Assembly: GCA_963700145.1 (NCBI GenBank) | Contig: OY969474.1 | Span: 2,208,001-2,272,000, forward strand | Length of the DNA: 64,000 nt | Source: an uncultured Acidobacteriota bacterium | GTDB taxonomy: Bacteria > Acidobacteriota > Thermoanaerobaculia > Multivoradales > UBA5704 | Reading direction: 5' to 3' | Part shown: piece by piece, positions 24,199 to 32,559 of the stretch | Layout: every line of letters starts with the position of its first letter | Numbering within the stretch: position 1 is the first letter of the stretch | Program-made: the position numbers and the translations under genes | Notes under the pieces: model-generated | Told to the model about the DNA's origin: nothing | What the model saw: only the letters and a program-made list of their open reading frames with translations | Database searches by the model: none

Positions 24199-24322
24199 GG
24201 TGGTCCCCTCCGCGTAACTGAATGGATTGTGCAAATAGCTTAACAGAAAGACCGGAGTAGACTCCCTCCATCCCCCGCGTCCAGGTTTCCTCCCCCGCCC
24301 CCTCCGTGTCTAAGCCTTCAGG

Positions 24323-24931
24323 ATGGACACCACACGCACCGCAGTGTTCCCGGGTCTCAGGGTGAGCGGCCTCGACACGAGCGAGGCCGGCGACGAGCGG
24401 CGGCTGCTGGCGGAGCTGGCGGCCGGGGACCGGCGCGCGGCGGAGGTCCTGGTGGAACGGACCTACCGCGGCGTCTACGCCTTCCTTCACCGCCTCGCCG
24501 CCGATCCCGAGCTGGCCGCCGACCTGACGCAGGAGACCTACCGCCGGGCCTGGGCGGCGCTCTCGTCGTTCGACGGGCGCGCCCGCTTCTCGACCTGGCT
24601 CTGCCGCATCGCCTACACCACGTTCCTCAACCACCTGCGCCGGCCGCGCCGTCTGGTGCCGCTCGACGAGCGGTACGAGGAGACGGCCGCCGACCCCGCG
24701 CCCGCCGCCGACGACCAGGTCGGCGGGGCGATGGCCGGCGAGCGGCTGCGGCGGGCGGTGCTCGCCCTGCCCGAGGAGCTGCGCTACACGGTGACGGCGC
24801 TTTTCTGGGGCGAGCGGTCGGTGGCGGAAGTGGCCAAACACGAAGGGGTGACGCCGGTCGCCATCCGCAAGCGCCTGAAGCGGGCGCTGGCGGCCCTGGC
24901 GGCGGCGCTCGAAGAGGAGGAAGTCCGATGA
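24323..24931 (+). CDS. ECF RNA polymerase sigma factor
   Basis: LAADLTQETY, FSTWLCRIAY, sigma4 LPEELR...SVAEVA; start may be further downstream. Confidence 0.9.
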   Translation: MDTTRTAVFPGLRVSGLDTSEAGDERRLLAELAAGDRRAAEVLVERTYRGVYAFLHRLAADPELAADLTQETYRRAWAALSSFDGRARFSTWLCRIAYTTFLNHLRRPRRLVPLDERYEETAADPAPAADDQVGGAMAGERLRRAVLALPEELRYTVTALFWGERSVAEVAKHEGVTPVAIRKRLKRALAALAAALEEEEVR

Positions 24932-27009
24932 GCAGGTCGAGCGAGCGCGAGGTCGCCCGGCGGCTGTCCGAGCGCGGCCCCGAGCCGGAGCCGCCGGCGG
25001 AGCTGCTGGCGCGGCTCAAGGCCGAGATCCCCGCCGAGCTGGGCGGCCGGCTGCGGCTGGTCGAAGCGGCGGCCGCCGAGGAGCGGCGGCCGGCGTGGGG
25101 CGAGCGGCGATGGCTGCTGGCGGCGTCGATCGCGGCGGCGCTGGCGGGCGGGTTCCTGGCCCTCGAGGTGCGGGAGCGGGCGACGGCGCCGGTCGAAGAG
25201 GTGGAAGCGACCCCGGAGGTCGCGGCGCGCGCCGAGAGCGAGCCGGAGCCCTTCGCGGTGCGGCGGGCCGGGCCGCCTCCGCCCGCCGCCCGGGCCGTGC
25301 CGCCGCCGGCGTCCGCCGGCGACGAGTCCGTGCAGATGGACTCCGAGGGTCCCCTCGTCGATCTGGGCTACGCCGCAGCGGCGCCGAAGCCCGAGCTGCG
25401 GGCGTCCGGGCGCCTCGCGGCGCCGGCGCAGCCGGTCGAGGTGCCCGAGGAGATCCTGGAAGGGGTCGAGGGCGGTGTCGTCGGCGGGGTGCCCGGCGGC
25501 GTCCACGGCGGGGTCCCCGGCGGCGTCATGTCCGGCGAAACCTCGCCGCTGCGCGTCGGCGGGGCCACGGCGCGGCGTATCGGCGGGGCCATGCCGCCCA
25601 CGACCGGCGGCAACGCCGAGCCCAACGACGAGCCGTACGGCGACGTCTTCTTCAAGACCTACGGCGTCAACCCGTTCGTCGACACCGAGGACGACCGCCT
25701 CTCGACCTTCGGGCTGGACGTCGACACCGCCTCCTACACGGTGGCGCGCCGCTACCTCACCGACGGCCACCTGCCGCCGGCCGAGGCGGTGCGCGTCGAG
25801 GAGATGGTCAACGCCTTCGACTACGCCGACCCGGCGCCGCGCGACCGCGACTTCACGGTGCGCGCCGAAGGCTCGCCCACGCCCTTCGCCGAGGGCGGCC
25901 GCTACCGCCTCCTGCGCTTCGGCATCCGGGCGCGCGAGGTGCACGCCGCCGAGCGCAAGCCGGCCGTCCTCACCTTCGTCGTCGATGTCTCCGGCTCGAT
26001 GGACTACGAGAACCGGCTCGGCCTGGTCAAGCAGGCCCTGGGGATGCTGCTCGACGAGCTGCGGCCGGAGGACCGGGTGGGGCTCGTCGTCTACGGCGAC
26101 GAGGGGCAGGTGCTCCTCAGCCACACCAGCGACAAGGGGGCGATCCGCCGGGCCATCGACCGGCTGGTCCCCGGCGGCTCGACGAACGCCGAGGAGGGGC
26201 TCCTCCTGGGCTACCAGCTCGCCGAGCAGGGGCTGCGCCAGGGCGCCATCAACCGGGTGATCCTCTGCTCGGACGGCGTCGCCAACGTCGGCGCCACCGG
26301 CCCGGAGAGCATCCTGGCGCGCATCGGCCGCGACGCCGAGCGCGGCATCGAGCTCACCACCGTCGGCTTCGGCATGGGCAACTACAACGACGTGCTGATG
26401 GAGCAGCTCGCCGACAAGGGCGACGGCCGCTACGCCTACGTCGACACGCTGGAGGAGGCGCGGCGGGTCTTCGTCGAGGACCTGACGGGGACGCTGCAGA
26501 CCGTCGCCTCGCAGGCGCGGGCGCAGGTCGAGTTCAACCCGGCGGTCGTGGCGCGCTGGCGCCTGCTGGGCTACGAGAACCGCGACATCGCAGATCACCG
26601 CTTCCGCGACGACACGGTGGACGCCGGCGAGATCGGCGCCGGCCACGGCGTCACCGCCCTCTACGAGATCAAGCTCGCCGAGGACGCCCCCGCCTACCTG
26701 CCGGCCGCCACCCTCCGCCTGCGCTGGCGCTCCGACGAGAGCGAGCAGTTCGAGGAGATCGCGCGCACCCTCCGCGTCACCGACTTCGCGCGCAGCTGGG
26801 ACAGCGCGCCGCGCGCCCTGCGGCTGGCGTCGGTGGTGGCCGAGCTCGCCGAGATCCTGCGCGGCTCCTACTGGGCCAAGGACGGCGACCTCGAGGCCCT
26901 CGCCCGCCGGGCGCGGCGCCTGGCCATGTCGGGCGACCCGCGCCTGATCGAGCTGGCGGAGCTGATCGAGAAGGCGTCGGAATTGAAAGGGGAAGTGGAA
27001 GAGGACTGA
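24928..27009 (+). CDS. Anti-sigma-like N-terminus + TM + YfbK-type VWA/DUF3520 protein
   Basis: STFGLDVDTASY, VRVEEMVNAFDY, DVSGSM, SDGVANVG, LLGYENR, DAGEIGAGH. Confidence 0.88.
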   Translation: MSRSSEREVARRLSERGPEPEPPAELLARLKAEIPAELGGRLRLVEAAAAEERRPAWGERRWLLAASIAAALAGGFLALEVRERATAPVEEVEATPEVAARAESEPEPFAVRRAGPPPPAARAVPPPASAGDESVQMDSEGPLVDLGYAAAAPKPELRASGRLAAPAQPVEVPEEILEGVEGGVVGGVPGGVHGGVPGGVMSGETSPLRVGGATARRIGGAMPPTTGGNAEPNDEPYGDVFFKTYGVNPFVDTEDDRLSTFGLDVDTASYTVARRYLTDGHLPPAEAVRVEEMVNAFDYADPAPRDRDFTVRAEGSPTPFAEGGRYRLLRFGIRAREVHAAERKPAVLTFVVDVSGSMDYENRLGLVKQALGMLLDELRPEDRVGLVVYGDEGQVLLSHTSDKGAIRRAIDRLVPGGSTNAEEGLLLGYQLAEQGLRQGAINRVILCSDGVANVGATGPESILARIGRDAERGIELTTVGFGMGNYNDVLMEQLADKGDGRYAYVDTLEEARRVFVEDLTGTLQTVASQARAQVEFNPAVVARWRLLGYENRDIADHRFRDDTVDAGEIGAGHGVTALYEIKLAEDAPAYLPAATLRLRWRSDESEQFEEIARTLRVTDFARSWDSAPRALRLASVVAELAEILRGSYWAKDGDLEALARRARRLAMSGDPRLIELAELIEKASELKGEVEED

Positions 27010-27013
27010 CCTG

Positions 27014-27106
27014 TCTGTCATTCCGAGCGCAGCGAGGAATCTGGGGGCGGGAGCGCTCGCCAAGGTGCCCCCGCCCAGATCCCTCGCTGCCGCTCGGGAT
27101 GACAGA
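27014..27106. repeat. REP-like palindromic element (GTCATTCCGAGC..GAGGAATCT family)
   Basis: TCTGTCATTCCGAGCGCAGCGAGGAATCTGGG ... CCCAGATCCCTCGCTGCCGCTCGGGATGACAGA inverted repeat. Confidence 0.85.
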
Positions 27107-27114
27107 ATCTCCCT

Positions 27115-27624
27115 GTGTTCCGCCTCGTCCTGGCGAAGGAGGACTTCAAGTTCTCCTCCGCCCACTTCACCATCTTCGGCGCCGGGCGGGCGGAGCTCTT
27201 CCACGGCCACAACTACCACGTCGCGGTCGAGCTGGCCGGCGACGCGCTGGACGAGTGGGGGCTCCTCGCCGACATCGCGTCCTTGAAGCAGGCGATCCGC
27301 GCCGCCTGCGCCCGCCTCGACAGCCGCACCCTGATCCCGGTCGACAGCGGCGAGATCGCCTGGTCGCAGGAGGGCGACGCCGTCGAGGTCCGCTTCGACG
27401 AGCGCCTCTACCGCTTCCCGGCCGCCGACGTCCTCCTCCTGCCGCTCGCCAACACTTCGATGGAGCTGCTGGCGCGGATGCTCTGGGAGGAGATCGCGCC
27501 GCGCCTGGCGGGCTCGCGCGTCGAGGTGCTGGCGCTCTCGGTCGAGGAGTCGGCCGGCCAGCGCTGCGTCTACGAGAGCCGCATCTCCCGCCCCTTCCAG
27601 GACGAGAGCCTCCCCCGCCGGTAG
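27115..27624 (+). CDS. 6-pyruvoyl-tetrahydropterin / 6-carboxy-tetrahydropterin synthase (QueD family)
   Basis: FSSAHFT, HGHNYHV, NTSMELLA, VEES. Confidence 0.85.
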   Translation: MFRLVLAKEDFKFSSAHFTIFGAGRAELFHGHNYHVAVELAGDALDEWGLLADIASLKQAIRAACARLDSRTLIPVDSGEIAWSQEGDAVEVRFDERLYRFPAADVLLLPLANTSMELLARMLWEEIAPRLAGSRVEVLALSVEESAGQRCVYESRISRPFQDESLPRR

Positions 27625-28682
27625 TCCGCCGCGCCAAGCGCGACGCCGGCCGCCAGGAGCAGCGCGTCTGCCGGCCAGAGGAGCCCCCAGGCAGGGGCGT
27701 GGCCGGAGCCGGTGCGGAGGAGCGCCGAGGCCGCCGCGCCAGCCGTCCACAGGAGCGCCGCCTCGACCCAGCGCCCGGCGGCGAGGGCGGCGAAGAGACC
27801 GGCGGCGGGGAGGAGCGTCGCCGCGAGCGCCGCGGCCAGCACCTTCGGCCGCCCGCCGAAGAGCCCGCCCAGGTTGCGCCGCCAGCCGCGCAGCGCCTCG
27901 CCGAGCCCGCGGTACATGCGCACCGTGAGGCCGCCGCTGCGGAAGAAGCCGGTGCGGGCGCCGCCGGCGCGCAGCAGGCGCGCCAGGGCAACGTCGTCGA
28001 TCGCCGCACCGCGGATCGGTGCGAGGCCGCCGGCGGCGGCGAGGGCGTCGCGCCGCAGCAGGATGAACTGACCGTTGGCGAGCGCCGGCCCCTCCCCCAC
28101 GGCAGCGGCCTCCCAGTCGCCCAAGAGGGCATCGAGGAGGGCGAAGACCGGGGGCACGAGGAGGTTCTCCCAGCCGCGCGCCTCCTGCCGGCCGGCGACC
28201 GAGACGGCGTCGAGCCGCCGCTCGGCGGCGGCGGCGAGGGCGCGGGCCAGGAGGTCGGGGGCGTGGCGGGTGTCGGCGTCGGTGAGCAGCACCCACGGGG
28301 TCTCGACCCCCGACAGCCCGGCGGCGAGGGCGTGGAGCTTGCCGCGCCAGCCGGCCGGGAGCGGGCCGGCCGCGCGCAGGGCGAGGCGCGGCTCGGCCGC
28401 GGCGCGCGCGGCGACCAGGGCGGCGGTGCCGTCGGTCGAGCCGTCGTCCACCACCAGGACGCGCGGGCGGACCGTCTGGGCGAGAAGGGAGTCGAGACAG
28501 GGGCCGACGTTGCCGGCCTCGTCGCGGACGGGCAGAAGGACGGTGGCCGGCTCGCTAGCTTGGTCGGGAGGGAGCGGCGGCGGCAGGGCCGGGGCCCGGC
28601 GGCGCCGCTCATCGATCGCCGCCGCCCCGCCCAGGAGCGCGGCGGCGGCGAGGACGGCGAGCGCCAGCCCCGGAGCGATCAA
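27570..28682 (-). CDS. GT2 glycosyltransferase (CrtQ-like)
   Basis: PVRDEA, VVDDGSTDGT, GWRGKLHA, TDAD, ANGQFIL, DDVAL, WKGR; TTG start overlapping upstream stop. Confidence 0.85.
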   Translation of the reverse strand: MIAPGLALAVLAAAALLGGAAAIDERRRRAPALPPPLPPDQASEPATVLLPVRDEAGNVGPCLDSLLAQTVRPRVLVVDDGSTDGTAALVAARAAAEPRLALRAAGPLPAGWRGKLHALAAGLSGVETPWVLLTDADTRHAPDLLARALAAAAERRLDAVSVAGRQEARGWENLLVPPVFALLDALLGDWEAAAVGEGPALANGQFILLRRDALAAAGGLAPIRGAAIDDVALARLLRAGGARTGFFRSGGLTVRMYRGLGEALRGWRRNLGGLFGGRPKVLAAALAATLLPAAGLFAALAAGRWVEAALLWTAGAAASALLRTGSGHAPAWGLLWPADALLLAAGVALGAADYRRGRLSSWKGREMRLS

Positions 28683-28945
28683 GCGACGGTGAAGGGGCCT
28701 TCCTTGACCTCGGCGCCCAGCCGCAGCTCGAGCTCGCGCTCCACCTCACCGGGCTGCGGGAAGCGCCCTTCCTTCTTCTTGGAGAAGACGACCTCGTTCT
28801 CGTAGGTCACTTCGAACACCCCGCCCTTCCCCTTGACCAGGTTGGGACGGACGCTGAAGCGCTTCTCGATCTCGGCCGCCAGACCGGCGGCGCGGGGGTA
28901 GTAGTTTCAGACGACGCAGTACTCGATCGTGACAGAGCTCGCCAT
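28679..28945 (-). CDS. SelW/Rdx-family selenoprotein (CxxU), absent from ORF track
   Basis: AAGGAGG RBS; MASSVTIEYCVV-U(TGA 28909-28907)-NYYPRAAGLAAEI...GGVFEV...FSKK.EGRFP; 88 aa. Confidence 0.9.
28875..28891 (-). promoter_or_regulatory. Putative bacterial SECIS hairpin
   Basis: GCCGCC-GGUCU-GGCGGC starting 16 nt after the UGA; apical GGUCUG as in E. coli fdhF SECIS. Confidence 0.7.
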
Positions 28946-29179
28946 CGGGCACCCTCCTTGGCCCGGATTATAGGCACGCTCCATGCCTGCGCATGGGGGC
29001 CTATCGCAGTTAGACTCTGCTTACTGAGAGGGTGAAATTTGGGCGGAGGTATGTTATAAGGTGCAGCCGACCAGGAGGACCGGGACAACTAGGACAAAGA
29101 TTTTTGGCCGCTCATCCCTCCGGGTCGGTCTCGGAGGGGTTGAACGAGTTCAATTGCCTAACCTCAACGGAGGAACGGA

Positions 29180-29527
29180 ATGAAAGGCGAGGCGCCCACG
29201 ATGACCCAGAAGGAGATGGCCCAGATGCGCGCGCAGCTGGAAGGCACGCCGGACATCGAGGAGGCCGCGGAGCTGATGAACCTGGCCGGGAACTCCACCC
29301 GGCTCAAGCTCCTCTACCTGCTCGAGAACATGAAGGAGCTGTGCGTCTGCGACCTGGCCGAGATGCTGGGGGTGTCGGTGTCGGCCGTGTCGCAGCACCT
29401 GGCCAAGCTCAAGGCCTACGGTCTCGTCGCGCCGCGGCGCGACGCCCAGACCATCTACTACCGCTTGACCGACCATCAGTTCAACCAGAAGCTCCGCGAG
29501 AACTTCCTGCGCCAGTTCAACGTCTGA
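29180..29527 (+). CDS. ArsR/SmtB family metalloregulator
   Basis: TRLKLL, ELCVCDLA, SAVSQHL, IYYRL. Confidence 0.92.
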   Translation: MKGEAPTMTQKEMAQMRAQLEGTPDIEEAAELMNLAGNSTRLKLLYLLENMKELCVCDLAEMLGVSVSAVSQHLAKLKAYGLVAPRRDAQTIYYRLTDHQFNQKLRENFLRQFNV

Positions 29528-29552
29528 CCTTCACGCAGGCGTAAGTAGGGCT

Positions 29553-29586
29553 CGACGGCCGGGGCGACCCGGCCGTCGCTGTCTTT
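29553..29586 (+). terminator. Putative intrinsic terminator
   Basis: CGACGGCCGGG-GCGA-CCCGGCCGTCG followed by CTGTCTTT. Confidence 0.55.
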
Positions 29587-29607
29587 CGGCGCTAGAATCG
29601 CCGGCCC

Positions 29608-30324
29608 ATGAATCAGCACCCGCGACCGAAGTTCACCTGGCTCGGCCACGCCACCGTCTACTGCGAGCTGCCGGGCGGCGAAGGCCTGCTCATCGATCCC
29701 TGGGTGGGCGGCAACCCGGCCTGCCCCGAGGAGTGGAAGCGGCTCCCCCGCCTCGACGCCGTCCTCGTCACCCACGCCCACTTCGACCACGTCGGCGACG
29801 CCGTCGAGCTCTGCCGGGAGCACCACCCGCGGCTCGTGGTGGCCAACTTCGAGACCTGCGGCTGGCTCGCCGCCAAGGGGGTCGAAGGCTGCTCGGGCAT
29901 GAACCTCGGCGGCACCCAGGAGGTGCTGGGGCTCCAGGTGACGATGGTGCGCGCCGACCACTCCTGCGGCATCCAGGACGGCGACCAGATCCTCTACGGC
30001 GGCCAGGCGGCGGGCTACGTCGTGCGCCTGCCCGGCGGCTACACCTTCTACCACTCCGGCGACACCGCGCTCTTCTCCGACATGCAGCTCATCGCCGAGC
30101 TCTACCGCCCGGAGCTGGCCTTCCTGCCGATCGGCGACCTCTTCACCATGGACCCCAACCAGGCGGCGCGCGCCTGCCGCTACCTCGGCGTGCGCAAGGT
30201 GGTGCCGATCCACTGGGGGACCTTCCCGCTCTTGACCGGCACGCCCGAGCAGCTCGAGAAGGACCTCGAGACTCTCGGCGTGCGCTGCGAAGTGATCGCC
30301 CTGAAGCCTGGGGAAACTTACTAG
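29608..30324 (+). CDS. UPF0173 metal-dependent hydrolase (MBL fold)
   Basis: WLGHA, IDPW, THAHFDH, YHSGDT, LPIGD, PIHWGTF. Confidence 0.92.
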   Translation: MNQHPRPKFTWLGHATVYCELPGGEGLLIDPWVGGNPACPEEWKRLPRLDAVLVTHAHFDHVGDAVELCREHHPRLVVANFETCGWLAAKGVEGCSGMNLGGTQEVLGLQVTMVRADHSCGIQDGDQILYGGQAAGYVVRLPGGYTFYHSGDTALFSDMQLIAELYRPELAFLPIGDLFTMDPNQAARACRYLGVRKVVPIHWGTFPLLTGTPEQLEKDLETLGVRCEVIALKPGETY

Positions 30325-31085
30325 AACCGCGCCCCGAACCCCGCGCCCACGAACCACTCCGGCTCGCTGTCGCCCAGGCCGGTCCCCACGCGCACGTCGA
30401 GCTGCAGGTCGTCCGAGAGCAGCCAGGTCAAGCCGCTGTTGGCGAAGCTCGAGCTGCCCTCGAACGGCTCCTCGCCGTCGAAGCCGTAGACCTCGAAGTA
30501 GGAGCCGAGCCGGTCGTTCCAGGTCAGGCCGAGCGACAGGCTCCCGGAGAGCCGGTCGAAGCGCTCGTCGAAGGCGGCGGCGCGGGCCCAGCCGGCGTTG
30601 CCGGAGAGAGCGGCGCGCTCGGTCAGCGTGGTGGCGGCGGCGAGCTTCACCTCCGGCTCCCAGGCGTCGCTCGTGAAGTCGTTGTCGCCGCTCGGTGCGC
30701 TCGTGCCGGCGAGCAGCGCGAGGTCGAGGCCGCCGCGCCCGCCGCTCCCGGCCGGTAGCGCGGCGAGCTTCCACTTGAGGCCGAGCGAGCCGTCGGTCCA
30801 GCCGGAGAGGCTGTCGCCCGCGAACTCCACCCGCCCGAAGGAGGGGAGCCCCACGCGCAGCTCGAGCCGCTCGGCGACGCCGATGCGGAGCAGGGCCTCG
30901 CCGAAGGTCGTCAGATCGACGTCGCCCTCTCCCACCCGCTCGTGCGTGACGCCGGCCTCGAGCTGGAAGCGGCCGGGCGGGACGGTCTCGGCGCTCTCGG
31001 TGAAATCCGGCCGGTCGGTGACCAGCGGCTCCTGCGCCCGCGCCGCGGCGGCGAGCAGGAACAGCAGGGCCGCCGCTCGCCTCAC
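30321..31085 (-). CDS. Putative outer-membrane beta-barrel (MetA-pathway/transporter family)
   Basis: GTG start overlapping upstream TGA; signal peptide, TDRPDFTES, C-terminal GFGARF. Confidence 0.8.
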   Translation of the reverse strand: MRRAAALLFLLAAAARAQEPLVTDRPDFTESAETVPPGRFQLEAGVTHERVGEGDVDLTTFGEALLRIGVAERLELRVGLPSFGRVEFAGDSLSGWTDGSLGLKWKLAALPAGSGGRGGLDLALLAGTSAPSGDNDFTSDAWEPEVKLAAATTLTERAALSGNAGWARAAAFDERFDRLSGSLSLGLTWNDRLGSYFEVYGFDGEEPFEGSSSFANSGLTWLLSDDLQLDVRVGTGLGDSEPEWFVGAGFGARF

Positions 31086-31534
31086 CGCACTTCCAGGACG
31101 CCGCGCATCATCCGCGAGTGGGCGGTGCAGACGTACTCGTAGTCGCCCGCCGCGGCGGGAGCGCGGAAGGTGAGGTCCGCCGACTCGCCGGCGGCGCGCA
31201 GCAGGCGGGTGGCCTTGAGGTCGCCGTCCTCGTCCGGGACCGCCACGTCGTGCGGGATGCCCTGGTCCTCGTTGCGCAGCACGAGCCGCACCGCCTCGCC
31301 GCGGTCGACGACCAGCCGCGGGTTGGGCGTCGGGTCGCCGGGCAGGTAGAAGGCCATGCCGCGGGCAGCGAGCGCGACGGTGCGCGGCTCCGGGCCACCG
31401 GTGGCCGCCTGCACCGCGATCGCCACGCCGCCGCAAACCAGGACAAGGGCGACCAGCGGCACGAGCAGAGCGCGCGGCCGCGCGGCCCGAGCCGGGCTGA
31501 ACGCGTCGAGGGTGGCTGCCAGGAGCTGCGACAT
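31082..31534 (-). CDS. Cupredoxin / plastocyanin-like protein
   Basis: PHD, YEYVCTAHSRMMRG type-1 copper ligands. Confidence 0.85.
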   Translation of the reverse strand: MSQLLAATLDAFSPARAARPRALLVPLVALVLVCGGVAIAVQAATGGPEPRTVALAARGMAFYLPGDPTPNPRLVVDRGEAVRLVLRNEDQGIPHDVAVPDEDGDLKATRLLRAAGESADLTFRAPAAAGDYEYVCTAHSRMMRGVLEVR

Positions 31535-31620
31535 TTGAGGTCCTCTCTCTCCAACGGCCCGAACGGATCGGAGCCGTTATTTCGAGTCCTCAAAGAGTCT
31601 AGCTACTAGGAGTCAAAATG

Positions 31621-32559
31621 TCAAGGCAAGAGGGGGAGCCAGCGCGCCCGCGCCAGGAGGGAGAGCCGGGCGACGAGGCCGAGCCGTGGCGGCGCGGCCA
31701 AGAGCTTCTCGTCCGCCTCCTCGACGCGCGCCAGGAGCGCCAGCCCGGCGAGCAGGGCAAAGGCCGCCGCCCGCCGCACCTCGGGCGGCAGCGCGGCCAC
31801 CGCGCGCGAGGCGGCGAGGAGGCGCGGCCGCAGCCGCTCGGCCTCGCGCCGCGCCGCCGCCAGCACCGCCGCCGGCGGCTGCGCCGACGCCTCGCGGTCG
31901 GCCGCCGGCAGCTCGCTCGCCGCGAGCGGCCAGCGGTTGGCCGCGACCGCCTCCCCGAGGTGCTGCAGGGCGTGCAGCCGGAGGAGCGCGCCGCCGAAGG
32001 CCGCCGCCTCCGCCGGCGGCGGCGCGCCCAGGAGCGCCTCCCCCACCGCCGCCGCGAGCCGCTCCGCCTGCCGCTCCGCCGCCTCGACCGTCGCCGGCCG
32101 CGGCTGCGTCACCCGCCGGCGGGCGGCCGTCGCGATCTCGTCGAGCGCCTCCTCCGGCCAGGCGCGCCGGACGTGCTCGCGCGCCATCGCCACGTCCACC
32201 GGCTGGCCGATCCGCTCGCCGCCCAGCGCGCTCTCCAGGGCGAACTGCCAGCGGTTGATCTGCGCCAGCCGCTCCCCCTCGACCCCCGGGTCGCCGGCGA
32301 AGTCGAAGAGGGTGCGGGCGTAGGCGACGACGGCCTGGAGCCGCGCGCGCTCGGGCGCGGCGAGGAGGAGGAGCGCCGGCGCGAAGTCGCCGAGCGCCTC
32401 GCGGCAGACGGCGGCGCAGAGGGCGGCGGCGCGCTCGGGGTCGAAGTCGGCGAGCGGCTCGGGGACGCCGTCGAGGCGGGCGTGGCGGCTGCGGGCGAGG
32501 GCGTCGGCCCGCTCGTCGCGCGCGCCGGCAGCGGCCGGCGGGCGCTCCTCGCCGCTCAC
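31621..32559 (-). CDS. Squalene/phytoene synthase-like protein (degenerate Asp motifs)
   Basis: DFAPALLLL, YARTLFDFAGD, FGGALLRLHALQHL..NRWPL follow the CrtB/HpnC fold pattern. Confidence 0.65.
   Translation of the reverse strand: MSGEERPPAAAGARDERADALARSRHARLDGVPEPLADFDPERAAALCAAVCREALGDFAPALLLLAAPERARLQAVVAYARTLFDFAGDPGVEGERLAQINRWQFALESALGGERIGQPVDVAMAREHVRRAWPEEALDEIATAARRRVTQPRPATVEAAERQAERLAAAVGEALLGAPPPAEAAAFGGALLRLHALQHLGEAVAANRWPLAASELPAADREASAQPPAAVLAAARREAERLRPRLLAASRAVAALPPEVRRAAAFALLAGLALLARVEEADEKLLAAPPRLGLVARLSLLARARWLPLLP

Noticed and set aside
25095-28805. Very long alternative-frame ORFs (also 24784-28296, 37864-41256, 5049-7679)
   Set aside because: Arg/Ala/Pro-rich shadow frames expected at this GC content, overlapping well-supported genes.
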